A stretch of 64,000 nt of DNA from Tubiluchus corallicola (Eukaryota; Animalia; Priapulida). Shown here piece after piece: positions 13,301-26,700 of this stretch. The stretch spans positions 1,240,001 through 1,304,000 of the forward strand of contig JAQGDQ010000010.1 of NCBI GenBank assembly GCA_030141605.1, in the 5' to 3' direction. A program made the position numbers and the translations under genes. Position 1 is the first letter of the stretch; every line of letters begins with the position of its first letter. Below the pieces are notes generated by a model, which saw only the letters and a list, made by a program, of their open reading frames with translations, was not told the origin of the DNA and searched no databases.

Positions 13301-16183
13301 ATGTTAACTACAAGGCTGGTTCGCTTACCAGTTGTAACATTGCTGGTTTCTCCAAGTAGACTGAACACCAAACATGTTGGCAGTGTCTTACGAGTGCATT
13401 GCAGGAAGTATGCTCAGGAAACACGATCACGCATGGGACATACCGCGAGGCGAAAAAGTCTACGTGAGATTGCAATGGCACCTGCTGGTCCAGGAGGTAA
13501 CTGTGTTTTCTGTGACATGCAAGTTATTTCTAGGATCTGTGTTTTTAGCCACTGATTTACTGTGAACTTAAGAACTAATTTGTATGTCATATTATAGACA
13601 ACGCATTTAACTAAAGCAGCAGTTTGATCAAGATTCTTTTTGCTATCTTTTCATTCTTTTATATTTGGCTAATAATGCTATAATGTTTCTTTCAGTTTTT
13701 TTCTATACTGTGCTTAGTGTGAGAAAAGCAGTACCATCTTTTGGCAGAAAGAAGAAGTCTTGAGAGAATATCAGAATATGTTATAATTATCTATGTTTTT
13801 GTGTCTGACTTTTACAGCTTTCACTGTGGGCAAAGGAATACTGGCAGGAGCATCTGGTATTGGATTAGGAGCACTTTGTTATTATGGTTTAGGAATGTCC
13901 AGCGAAGTGGGAGCTTTAGACAGATCTATGTATGCATCCTCCATTATTAATTGTTAAGCAACCATTTTTACTATTAATCTAATGTTTGTCTGGTGAACAA
14001 ATTTGTAAATAACATTACAATATCATTATTACCTGCGCATTATTTCTAATAGCCCCTGTGATTAGACGAAGAACTAACATGCCATTTTTGGAATTGTTTC
14101 CTCGCTCTTTGCTCACATGCTATCTTTGAGTAACAGTTATTCTTATAGTTGACACCATGTCACTATTCGTATGATAATTTTGTGACGTATTTACTGACTC
14201 AGTTTTGTTCTGTGTAGAAATGTAAATTGAAACTATTATCTTACTCAACAATATTTTTGGCACTCCAAAAAAGGCCTATTGGAGGTCCTTGGAAAACAGA
14301 GAAATTACCAGGTGAGATAGCTATATCACTAATATAAAGCTACTGCTCTGACACCATTTAATTTTAAGGTGTTTTTTGGGCACTTTCAGGTTATGGCCCC
14401 AAATTGTACGAGACCGAATCAGAGACACATATCTCTATTTTGGTGGAAGCATAGCCGTAACAGCTGCCTCTGCACTAGCTGTAGCACGAACACCAGCTCT
14501 TATGAATATTATGATGAAAAATGGATTTTTGGTATGTTCTTGTGTGTTATTACACATCGTTATGACTGAGTGCTGTGAATGGTACTTTAGACTAACAAAT
14601 TTTAGTTAAGTGTATCAGGTATAGTTAAAAGCAGATAGAATGACCTCAGCAAATTCATATTTACATGTCATGTAGGTTCAAGCTTGACATGCCATCATCC
14701 ATTTGCAAACATTGCTGCACTCTGGTAAAGCTTTGTTTATAAACAATCTAAACCTTTTGTGCATGTTCCACATTTAAGAATAGTAAGATAGCATACATAT
14801 AAATATTTCGTGCACTCTTGCTGAAGTTTTGTTATAAAGTTATGTGTTATATTGTAGTATTAGAAATTTCTGCATCGAAGACATGGCTTCCTGATATTTT
14901 CAGTAACTTTCAATGATTTCATCAGATTGGATGATTAAGTTTAAACCTGCTTAAGCGGTTGCTCGAGCTTAAGAGTTGGTACAACACTGATTTTTGTGCA
15001 ATGTGAATTTTTTTGAAATTCTGTAGCCAAACTGAATTAAAAGAAGGTAAAAAATGCCTGGGTTTGAACCAGTGACCTTTCGATTCCATGACAAAAACTA
15101 ATACTGCTATACCACGTTATCGTAGCATTTACGATTTTTTTTAAGTTTCCTCCCTTTCACTTCAGTCTTAGTCAAAATCAAAAATTCGGTTGTTGTGAGT
15201 TTGTCCATGATTAACCAAAATTTCGAAACTAATAAACAATTAGGGACCTTCTTTTTTGCCTTTTTTATAATTTTCAAAATTATTATTTTTTATTTTTCGT
15301 TTTTAGCTACTACTAGCACCAACACAGTAGTATTAATGTAGGTAATGCAGTTGTCAGTAATGCTAACGTTTTAAAGTGACTCTTAGCAGGATAAGATGGA
15401 AGATGTTTTTATTTTAGCATTAGTCAATATAATTCTATCTAAAGCAATCAATATTTCCTTTCATCGTTTTCAGTTTGCCTGCCTGATTTTTTTTCTTGTC
15501 ACAGTTTGTTGCTGTTACTGTCACCTCCCTTTTTTAAAACAATTGTGAGCCATAAAGGTCATCCTGGGTTAACTTTGTCAATGACAATGATCAACTTTAT
15601 TCTTACAGTTAACTATATTTTATTTTAGGCGATAGCTGGTACCTTTGCTGTGATGATTGGATCAGGGATACTCGTCCGCTCCATCCCATACAAAGAGGGC
15701 TTTGGTCTGAAACAACTTGCGTGGGTGGGACACAGTGCAATCATGGGTGCAGTCGTTGCACCGTTGGCTCTGATGGGTGGACCATTGCTCATACGTGCAG
15801 CTTGGTACACAGCCGGAGTGATCGGTGGTCTTTCAACAGTCGCAGTTTGTGCTCCAAGTGAGAAGTTCCTAAACATGGGTGGGCCACTTGCGATCGGCTT
15901 GGGAGCTGTTTTGGTTGCGTCACTCGGAGGAATGTTTCTCCCACCCACAACGGCTCTTGGTGCAGGATTGTACTCCATCAGTATTTATGGGGGACTAGTT
16001 CTTTTCAGCTTTTTCCTGCTTTATGACACACAGAAAATCATCCGTGTTGCAGAAACGCACCCAACCAACAGCATGCGGCCATACGATCCTGTCAACATGT
16101 CCATCGGTATTTATTTAGACACTTTGAACATTTTCATTCGTATTGCGATGATCTTGGCTGGAGGTGGGGGACGAAGAAAGTGA
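13301..16183 (+). CDS. GHITM: Growth hormone-inducible transmembrane protein (TMBIM5/MICS1, Bax inhibitor-1 family), 4 coding exons, ~334 aa
   Basis: Exons 13301-13496, 13818-13929, 14390-14531 and 15629-16183 have compatible phases. Seen: an Arg-rich N-terminal mitochondrial presequence, GLGALCYYGLG, WPQIVRDRI, CAPSEKFLNMGGPL, YGGLVLFSFFLLYDTQK and YDPVN...IYLDTLNIFIRIA...GGGRRK. Confidence 0.96.
15047..15117 (-). mobile_element. Degenerate tRNA-derived (SINE-like) head in GHITM intron 3
   Basis: The minus strand has an A-box-like tggtatagcag and a B-box GGTTCAAACCC at tRNA-like spacing, but no intact cloverleaf. Confidence 0.35.
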
Positions 16184-19100
16184 TCAAAATTTAGTGTTGT
16201 ATTAAATTAGTGATAACATCGTTGTGTAATATGTTTAATTAGAATAAGTTTCAAGCTTGACGTATTTCATTTTTTACTAAGAATGTTTGGTGTTACAGAC
16301 TCATTGTATTTAAATTATATACAGCAACATCACTTTTATTTTAATTTTTTTGGGCAAAACTAAGCATTCTTCATCACAGTTCGAGAGAAAACTCTGGCAT
16401 TTGTTTCACCAAATTACAAAAAAAAAATATATTAAACTAAATTTATCATTGGCACATATACAATGTCCCTTTTTTGTTGCACCAGCTACACATTGTAATT
16501 ATAATGAAAGATATTAGTGTGATTTTGCAGATTTTCTGACAAAAATAATGTCAATACATATGTTATTATTCCTTTTGGTTTTTTTGAAAATATCTGTTTG
16601 CTAGGAACCTGAAATTAGTGATAGCTTGAAGTGTAGATATCTACTGCAGTCAGAGATGCCAGACAGGTTAAAGCTAGGACTCTGTGTGCCTAATGCACGA
16701 TATGTGTACAAAAGTTTGTATCCAAACACGATGCATGATCGATACGCACCTGAAAACAGTCGCTATTGAATACAGATCACAGAGGCAGCTGTCATTGCCT
16801 AGGCGATTTAGCACTTTCTTATCATTTTTGGGCTGCTTGGTCGTTGTTTTAAGAAGTGAAGAAGCAGACTCTAGCTGAAATTCTTCAAGTGGTGATATGC
16901 TACGTATTGTTTTCTGCTACAAAATGTTGTGTACCAAAAATCTTTCCGTGTATAATCTTTTAGAAAATTGGTATATGGGTTCATAAGTTTTTATGAATTT
17001 CCCACGAACGGCAAGAAAAAATGGTGGACAGAGTTTTGTTAATTGTACGAAAAGTGCTTACAGACATGTGGAAAGAGTTAATATTAATCACGCATTACTT
17101 GCATGCATAGTCGAAGCTTGAACAGTAAATATAGTTCAAAGAACTTCTCCAAACCGTACACATTTTCACTCATATCCTATAAATATAAATCAAAAACCAA
17201 ATTCTATTTCAAAATTATATTAAAAACTTTATAAAATTATATGACAGTTGAAGCGTTAAAATTACATAAGAATCAACATATCTAACTATAAAACTATAAA
17301 CATTTAAAGAACTACAGTTCCAACAGTAAAAATATAATTATCTAACATTCTGATAAATAATAATACTAATACACATACAACCACCTGAATTATACTGATA
17401 TCATTCAAACTATAAATGAGACTAATGAAATATGAAAACACTAGCAATTATGATTGTCGTACACTACAAAAATTCATCAATGGGAAGTAAATTTTAATAA
17501 AATAACTGTGGGAAAACAGAATTTTGCCCCAGTTATGAATTGAAGGAAACTGACATTATTCATAATAATCTACAGTCCAAAAGTATATGAAAAGTAGATA
17601 TTTGTTTTTTAATCAATGATTTGCCTGTTTCTTGGAAACCTGACACTCCGAGAAAAAAAGCATTTTACTGGATTGGCAGAGCTATGGGTAAATATTTATG
17701 ATGTCAGGTGTCACAAAGCTATGCTTTATACCAGCAACACATTTTAAATTTACAATTTTGAACATAAAATTTACAGAATTTAGGAATCTCACACTCATCG
17801 TCACATAGTAGTGCTTGTATTGCAACCTTTGATTTTGCTAATGTGCCAGAGATACACATAAAAACTATCTGCATAGGAAATTCTACCCAAAATGACATCA
17901 CCCTCTAAGCTAACATTTAACAGAAAAATATGTTTACTAATTATTAGTTATACATAACATGTTTTGATCATAGGTCAAAATAACCTTCATTGTCTAAAAA
18001 AATCATCCGGATTTTCTTTGCTGGTTTAATACGTGACTAACTTTGAATTTTATGTTTTTCACAAAATCCTTGTGCAACGTTCTTCATTAATTGATGTCAA
18101 ACATATTGGTCTATCGCTCCACCCCCTCTGTAATGTAAGCACGCTTAGCAGCATTCGGGACAACAGCTCACGCAGGACAACAACTGTCTATACTAAACTA
18201 AACTGAACTAAACAACATATGACAGTCACAACTAATGTCTAATCAGCAGACAAACTGATTCGCTTTTTCATAAACACAGATTTGCAGAGCAGCAGCTATT
18301 TTTGCATAAAATAAACACTTTAAGTAGCCAAAAAATGGCTTTTCAATTTGAACAGAATGTAGAGACGAAGTTTCAAAGCACTGCAAAATACAGAGACATA
18401 AGCATAATAAAGAAACTAAGCCAGTTAGCTTTGCCTTAAAATAAATTAGCAACAAAAATATTATGTCTCTCTTGACTTTAAACATACGAACATCAAGACT
18501 GCAATGTATTTTTCTATATTAACTGATCATGTGCTCATCTGCAAGATTTATTCAGTTTTTGTATTTTTCCGTTTGTCAGGCTACGGAAATTGAATAAATT
18601 TGACCCGTATATTGAATGCCCGAGTCACATAATACCATTGGCATCTTTTAACCATGATTTTAACCAGAAAAATAGCGTAGAATTAGCTAATATTACATTG
18701 ATGTATAATATAAGTTTTGACCACATTTGAATTACTTTTGACTGTGAAGATGAGGTTTATAAACAAACAGAAAAGAAAGCATTTTGTTTTGTCCTTATTT
18801 AAAGTTAGTCAAATAGTTGCTTTTACCTAACTTGCAAAGCCATAAACTAAACTAAACTGCATATTTTCCTGATTGCAATATGGTTAAATCAGCAACTCAT
18901 AGACATGAGCGTCGTGCATTTCTTCCTATAAATGAAACTAGACTATATATTTCCACTAATTCACTTGCAATTTCGATTGACAATAATAAAATCTAGAACT
19001 AGGCCAATATTTCTGCCGCTAACTAATGAAAAGTTGAGCATTTTTCATAACAGCATTAGACAGAGCTGTAGCTAAATGTCCCAAATGTACCTGCGTTAAT

Positions 19101-19990
19101 TAAGCTCTACAGGGGTGAGAAATAACTTGCACACTGATTGGGCAGTCAACGAAAATGATTGGCATTACGTTAGACGTCAATTTCGAATAAACTAGATTGT
19201 AATAGGCACATTCACTAGATTTTTTAGATAAATTGTAAACTCAGTAAATGATGAATGTGTACCTTGAAAGGTAACTAGAGTCAAAGCAAACGTTTTACGA
19301 TAGATTTAAAAGGTTAGTAAAGATTTGGAAAAGCATTCATAATACAGATTCAGAAATGCATGTAGTCGTGTGCTGATTTATGAGAACTCTATAATTGAGT
19401 CTTTTACTTTTGTTTTGGAAAATCAGTTTTCACAAACCAACAATGTACAATAAAGAAAGTTTGGATAACAGTTCGAATTACAGATATCATACCAAAATAC
19501 ATAGCTACAATATCTTCTGTTAAGGCGAATAAAAAGCTGGTCATTATGGTGCCAAAGGGACATAGACATGGTACAATTTGACTTCTGCAGTGACAGAAAT
19601 CAGAAAGAATACGGTTTTTATCATTTTTAACAAGTACAGCACAATAATTTCGCTAAACACTTGGGCAAAAACTCAGTAGAAATTTTTTAATACAGTTGAT
19701 AAGTGCACACTAGAATCCTGGATTAAACTTCAGGAGTAACATAACACTGATGGTTGTGTTAGGACCAAAACACTGCTCATCATTGAGACTATGAGCTAAA
19801 GTGAGACACAGACAAGCTACAATGTCTAATCGTGTTCAAAATCATATGCATAAAATTAAAGTTCAAATCACGCTAACTACTTTAATAGTTGCTTGCATAG
19901 TGGCAGAATTAATGGTACTATTTACTGGCATGTAGCTGAACCAGCAACGATCTGTGAGGATATTGAGAATGCAGTGTACTGTCCGAGAAA

Positions 19991-20333
19991 GTTCTTTCTA
20001 TCATCACTATTACACGAGTGTTCTTTTCATTGTCATTATTACACGAGTGTTCTTTCTATCATAACTATTACAAGAGTGTTCTTTCTATCATAACTATTAC
20101 ACGAGTGTTCTTTCTATTATAACTATTAAACAAGTGTTCTTTCTACCATCAGTACTACACAAGTGTTCTTTCTATTATTACTATTACACGAGTGTTTTTT
20201 CTACCAACACTGTTACACAAGTGTTCTTTCTACCATCACTATTACACAAGTGTTCTTTCTATTATCACTATTACACGAGTGTTCTTTCTACCACCACTAT
20301 TGCACAAGTGTTCTTCTATTATCACTATTGCAC
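19991..20333. repeat. 29-bp minisatellite, ~12 copies (consensus gtgttctttctaYcatcactattacacRa)
   Basis: Direct tandem periodicity with no unique spacers. Confidence 0.95.
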
Positions 20334-20758
20334 ATTTTTATTTATGTATCATGTATCATGCAAAGGTGTCCATCATGTGGTGTTTTCAAAGTTTAGTGTA
20401 GAACGATACTAAGAATGTGGGTTTCTTGGTATAAACAGTATTATAAAAACCACCATTTCATGAGTATTTTTATGTCACTAAATGCGCCAAAGTTTCTGTA
20501 TGCCCAAGCATCAAAACTGCTTGCCAAAAATTCGGAATATTCAAGACTAAAAAATATGTAAATTAAAGATTGTTGTCAAGTTGTGCAAATACCTAACTTG
20601 GTGAATAAATATGCAAAAACTGAAAGACTAAATGCAAACACGACTTGTGCTTTGGTAACATATTGGCGAGTAAACTGATAAGAAGGCAATTTGTCAAAAC
20701 ATCCAGATCTCACTTTCAAAAATACCAGTTATGGTTAATTTCTTGGATCCAAAACAGC

Positions 20759-23700
20759 TTATACCGAAGTGTGCTCTCTTTGGCTTTGAGGTGATTTTAA
20801 GTTTACCACACGCCCCTCATTTATTGATATGTTGCATGCATCCGCGACAAGTGATACCATTTCAGGTGCCTCTCGTGTTACAACCGGATCTACTTTACCT
20901 GAAACAAAAATATTTTACCAAGTACCATTTGGATAACATTTGCAAAATCACATTAACAATGCCCAGATTTGAACAAAATACTATATTTCCTTTCAGCCAA
21001 ACAACAATAACCTTATAAATTAAATTTTGGCGCTGTCTCATAATTTACACAGTTTCTTCATTCATGAAAATTACAATATAGGAGTAATATTGTGTCGACT
21101 TAAGTTTATTTAACAGCTTGAAGTAAGATAGGAGTTTAACTACTGGTAGTTGAGTTACAAGATGTAAACCTAGGAAATTCTCATTTAAACTCTTTATTTG
21201 GTTAGCTAAATAGCAAATACTACGTCTAGGGGTTCGCATAACAGATGTGCAGAAGATGATATTTTTCACTAATGGCTTCGGTTCATATGACTGTTAAACC
21301 TAAGTCACACTTCGAGACAAATTGGTTCCTGAAGTCTGTACTACAAAGGCAACACTAAAGAAATTAATTCCCAAAGTTAACATAAGAAAAAGTGACATCT
21401 AAGGTCTATAGAAATTTAAGGGACTATGGGTTTTGGTATGCAGATAGTTAACACCACTTTTTTTTAATGCAGCACTATTATTTATTTGTTTCATTATTAT
21501 TAACAGGGTTTATAATTAGTAGTTCTTGTAGTATCAGAGTTTGTTAACAGCTTTTGTATTATCAGAGCTTGTTAGCAGGTCTTGTATTATCAGAGCTTGT
21601 TAGCAGATCTTGTAGTATCAGAGTTTGTTAGCAGGTCTTATAGTATCAGATCTTGTTAGCAGGTCTTGTAGTATCAGAGCTTGTTAACAGCTTTTGTATT
21701 ATCAGAGCTTGTTAGCAGGTCTTGTAGTATCAGAGCTTGTTAGCAGATCTTGTAGTATCAGAGTTTGTTAGCAGGTCTTATAGTATCAGAGCTTGTTAGC
21801 AGGTCTTGTAGTATCAGAGTTTGTTAACAGGTCTTATAGTATCAGAGCTTGTTAGCAGGTCTTGTATTATCGAAGCTTGTTAGCAGGTCTTGTATTATCG
21901 AAGCTTGTTAGCAGGTCTTGTAGTATCACAGTTTGTTAGCAGGTCTTGGGAGTAACAGAGCTTGTTAGCAAGTCGTGTATTATCAGAGTTTGTTAGCAGG
22001 TCCTGTAGTAACAGAGTTTGTTAGCAGGTCCTGTAGTAACAGAGCTTGTTAGCAGGTCTTGTAGTATCAGAGTTTGTTAGCAGGTCCTGTAGTAACAGAG
22101 CTTGTTAGCAGGTCGTGTAGTATCAGAGCTTGTTAGCAGGTCTTGTAGTATCAGAGCTTGTTAGCAGGTCTTGTAGTATCAGAGTTTGTTTAGCAGGTCA
22201 TGGGAGTATCACAGCTTGTTAGCAGGTCTTGGGAGTATCAGAACTTGTTAGCAGGTCTTGTAGTATCAGAGCTTGTTAGCAGGTCTTGTAGTATCAGAGC
22301 TTGTTAGCAGGTCTTGTAGTAACAGAGCTTGTTAGCAGGTCATGTAGTATCAGAGCTTGTTAGCAGGTCTTGTAGTATCAGAGTTTGTTTAGCAGGTCAT
22401 GGGAGTATCACAGCTTGTTAGCAGGTCTTGGGAGTATCAGAACTTGTTAGCAGGTCTTGTAGTATCAGAGCTTGTTAGCAGGCCGTGTAGTATCAGAGCT
22501 TGTTAGCAGGTCTTGTAGTATCAGAGTTTGTTAGCAGGTCGTGTAGTATAAGAGCTTGTTAGCAGGTCTTGTAGTATCAGAGTTTGTTAGTAGGTCTTGT
22601 AGTATCAGAACTTGTTAGCAGGTCTTGTAGTATCAGAGTTTGTTAGCAGGTCTTGTAGTATCAGAGTCTGTTAGTAGGTCTTGTAGTATCAGAACTTGTT
22701 AGCAGGTCTTGTAGTATCAGAACTTGTTAGCAGGTCTTGTAGTATCAGAACTTGTTAGCAGGTCTTGTAGTATCACAGTTTGTTAGCACATCTTGGGAGT
22801 AACAGAGCTTGTTAGCAGGTCTTGGGAGGAAAAGACCTTGTCGGCAACGAATGGATCTTGTCCTTGGATCTGACCTTCTTAAATACTATTCAGAGCAGAT
22901 CACATGACTTGCCCACGACTGGACGGGCACTTTCTTTCAAGTCTGAAATTCAAAATTTAATTAATCCTGGGTTTCTATAATCATACTGAGAGACATGTAC
23001 CTACCCTCAACCACATCAAAGAAATGCTGCATTTCGAGCTTGTAAGCAGCGTCGTAACGTTGTCCAAACGAGTGATGAATTGGATTGGTTAAGCACCCTT
23101 CATTATTGGAGTATTGTATATTGCCTTGGCACTCATTTCCAACGATTACCATACCAGCAGATCCAAATACCTGTCAATACCTGTATACATATAATTTAGC
23201 ATATACATTTTAAATAACTGTATTTTTTATCATTAAAATTATGCAGTGCTTGAAATTCACTCAAAATACAGTAATTTAAACACTAAGAAGATCTAAAATG
23301 ATATTAAGTGACTATAATACATCAAGCAGCATGTCCAGGAAGCATTTTGGAACTACATAAACACAAATATGTAAACCAAAATTCTACACTAAACTTACCA
23401 CTTATGCCTACCTCTAAACGTTGGTCATATCCATAAACTGCATGACGATTTAAATCGACAATACCGATAGCACCAGAAGGAAATTTCATTGTCACAGCTA
23501 TCGAGTCTACATCATTAATGGCAGCTATTTCAGGAATGTGAGCATGAGCAGTTGCATACACAGTTTCAGGCCATTCCCTGATTATCCAGCATATTAGGTC
23601 AATGTCGTGAACAACACTGTCGTGACAAATTCCGCCTATGATACCAAAAGAACTTATTCGATTAAGTACCTTAAAACTAACAAAAAGTACATTTAGTAGT

Positions 23701-26700
23701 TATGCGCTCCTAGGCCATTTTGTAAAATTTATTAAGACATCACAAACAGTTCTCAATTAAGTATAACAACTTGTGTCATCAGATAGCAAGGGCTGGCTCT
23801 TAGTAGTTTAACACTCTAGGCAAAAGTATTTGTAGCACCCCTTTCTCTACACCTAAGAGCCCCCACCCAACCCCACTCCAAAAAATTTCTGCAATTTCCA
23901 CTACACACTCTTTATGTACAAACTCTTGGCTAAATTTTCCTTCACACTTTTCATTTGAAATTTTCTTAATCCCTAATTCCTCTTTTTCACGTACATCTAT
24001 TATTATTAGGGGGGCAGTGGTGTCGGGGAGATTGTATAGGATGGTAAAATCCCACCCCCCGACACTTTGCTGAGGCCTTCGACAGGCCCATCGCAATTAT
24101 TCACTGCTATACGTCTATTGGTCGTACTCGGCAAGCCTTCCAGCTTGCTTCAGATACGCCGCTAGTTTTTTCAGGTTTAAGTTCCCTACAACTACTCTAA
24201 GTGTTGTATTTTTATTTCCCAGACATTTGATACGAGCACCCTGGTAGGCAGTGCATCGCCCCACGTGATGGTCCGGTGTTTCGTCTACCTGACCACATTT
24301 CGGGCAAATCGCGGATTGTGCTCGACAAGTGGTTTTTTTATGTTTTTGGAGATTACAGTGTCCGGTTAGGACCTGTATAACCATGTTGAGTTGAGTTCTA
24401 CTGAGACTCAGGAGCCTATTGCAGACTCGGGCCGAGGCCCAGCCCACATGTTCCTTTGTTCTCTTGCAGTCCTCACGATTATTCCACGACGTTTCCCATC
24501 GTTTTAGACTCCATCCCTGAATCGCGTAGACACAGCTAGCGTAAGGGACGGGAGATAGGGTTCTGGTCCCTCCGGAGAGAGCTCAGATCCCTTTTTAGCA
24601 AGTTTGTCCGCCTCTTCGTTACCATGTACTCCTTCGTGTCCAGGAATCCATGTAACCAAGACTCGGTTTCTTTTTCCAAGTATGTTCAAGTTTTCAACAC
24701 AACGTAAAACCGAGATAGATTTTACTGTATTGTTTTCAGTAGCTTTAATAGCCGCCTGGCTGTCTGACAGGATGACTATTGATTGATTCTGGAGTCCTTC
24801 CGAAGACATTATCTCCGCCGCTTGTGAGATGGCAAAAACTTCTGCCTGGAAAACAGTACTCAATTTCCCAAGATAGAAGAACTCCTCCAATACTCTGGAC
24901 TCAGTCGGATACTCGATACGTATACCTGCACCGATCCTTCCGTCCAGTTTGGAACCATCGGTATAACACCTGACACAGTTCCTATCCATTTCGCCTTCCG
25001 ATTTGATAGCGATTTCTCTTTCCTGAATCTGGCATTCGAAATTTCTTTCGAACACGCGTGTTCTTTTTCTTAAATCACCCGGCATATGCAACAGTTGGAG
25101 GTCGCGCCTATAGCTATTGCACACATCGATATGACTTTTAGACTTGCCAAAAGTTCCCACGGTCTTCGCTGTCCAGAGCCCCGCCGTATCTATACGGTAT
25201 GACCCTCGGACCGCCTCCGACCGAATGAACTCGTCTATTGGTGTGATATTCAACAACATCTCCAATGCACCGGTAGGAGTACTTGGGAACGCTGAAGAAA
25301 TCATTAAGCAAGCTAATCTCTGTACCTTCTGGAGCATGTTCCTGAGGTACATTTTTTCCAACCCGCTGACCCAGGACACACACGCATACGTCATGAAAGG
25401 ACGTACCATTGCCGTGTATATCCATTTCATGATCCGCGGTTGGATACCCCACGTTTTACCAACAATTTGTCTGCATTGCATAAGTGCCGCCGTCGCCTTG
25501 TTGGTGACCCGTGTTATATGGCCCTTCCAAGTCAGTTTACTGTCTAGGGTTACCCCTAGCAGTTTCGCTTCATTGGAGAGTTGGAGCTTCTGTCCATTCA
25601 TCCAGAGATCCCCAATATTTGGATTTCTCTTGTTTGTGAACATGATTACTTCAGTCTTACTACTGCTGAATTCTAGTTCAGTTTTCCTGGACCATTCAGC
25701 GGCAATGTTAATTACATTTTGCGCCCTCCTTCTGACCGTCGATACGTTCGCACTAGCTATTAGTACTGCCAGGTCGTCGGCATAGGCTTGTGCATAAATT
25801 CCATTTTCTTCAAATTCCCTAAGCAGAGAGTTCAAGACACAGTTCCATAGCAAGGGAGACAGTATTCCGCCTTGGGGGTTTCCCTTTACTACTTCCCTCT
25901 TTACCGTGGCATCACACAGCTCTACTTGGACCGTACGGCACCTTACCATGTTCTCAATCCAGCGGATAAGAACTGGCGATACCTCAAGTTCAAGCAATGC
26001 GGCGGATATGCTATTAAATGAAATGTTATCGAATGCCCCAACAATATCCAAAAAGACACCTAGTGAGAGCTTCTTTTTAGCAAGACTACGTTCAATACGC
26101 TGTACATACTCGTGCAGAGCAGTTTCCGTGGAAACGCCTGCGCGGAAGCCATACTGCACATTGGATAGTCTTGCTTGTAATTCAGTATCCTCGTTCAATT
26201 GAAAGAGGACTATTCTCTCCAACCATTTCAGTTGAAATGACGTTAATGTTATCATCCGGAAAGACTTGACTTCTAAATAGCTATTCTTTCCGGGTTTCGG
26301 CAAAAATACTCCTTTCCCTTCCTTCCAGGATCTCGGTACATAACCATACCTGAGACATGTCTGGAAAAGCATGAGGTAGTGTTTTTTAATGTATTTCCAT
26401 CCTTTCTGCAACAGGACTGGATATATACCATCCGGTCCCGGAGCCTTGAAAGGTTGGAATTCAAACAGTGCCGCTTTCACTCGTTCTTCCGAGCAAATGG
26501 AAGCGATGAATTCCTCATCCACGGTCGCGCAAACAGGCAAGTCCGTGGATGTGTCTGGTTCCGTTACTCGACTCCCTGGTGATAGGGTGTCGAGGAGCCG
26601 GTTTAAAGTTTCCTCCGGTGAACTGGTTAATTTACCGTCTTCTTTATACACACAGCTTAACTGCGCTGCTTTATTTCGGCGGAGGACCTTTACCAACCTA

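Noticed and set aside
15047-15117. Functional tRNA gene
   Set aside because: Only A/B-box-like motifs remain; the acceptor and anticodon stems do not pair.
15625-15978. 117-aa minus-strand ORF
   Set aside because: It is the antisense shadow of the GHITM last exon.
19893-20412. Overlapping ORFs with HKCSF/YYTSV repeats, or a CRISPR reading of the 29-bp array
   Set aside because: They are translation products of a spacerless minisatellite.
21524-22829. 28-bp repeat array as a CRISPR array
   Set aside because: Units are head-to-tail with no unique spacers, there are no cas genes, and the array is in a eukaryotic intron.
23800-24096. Near-identical short ORFs at 23800-24096 and 27237-27485 as duplicated genes
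   Set aside because: They arise from the non-coding target-site duplication.
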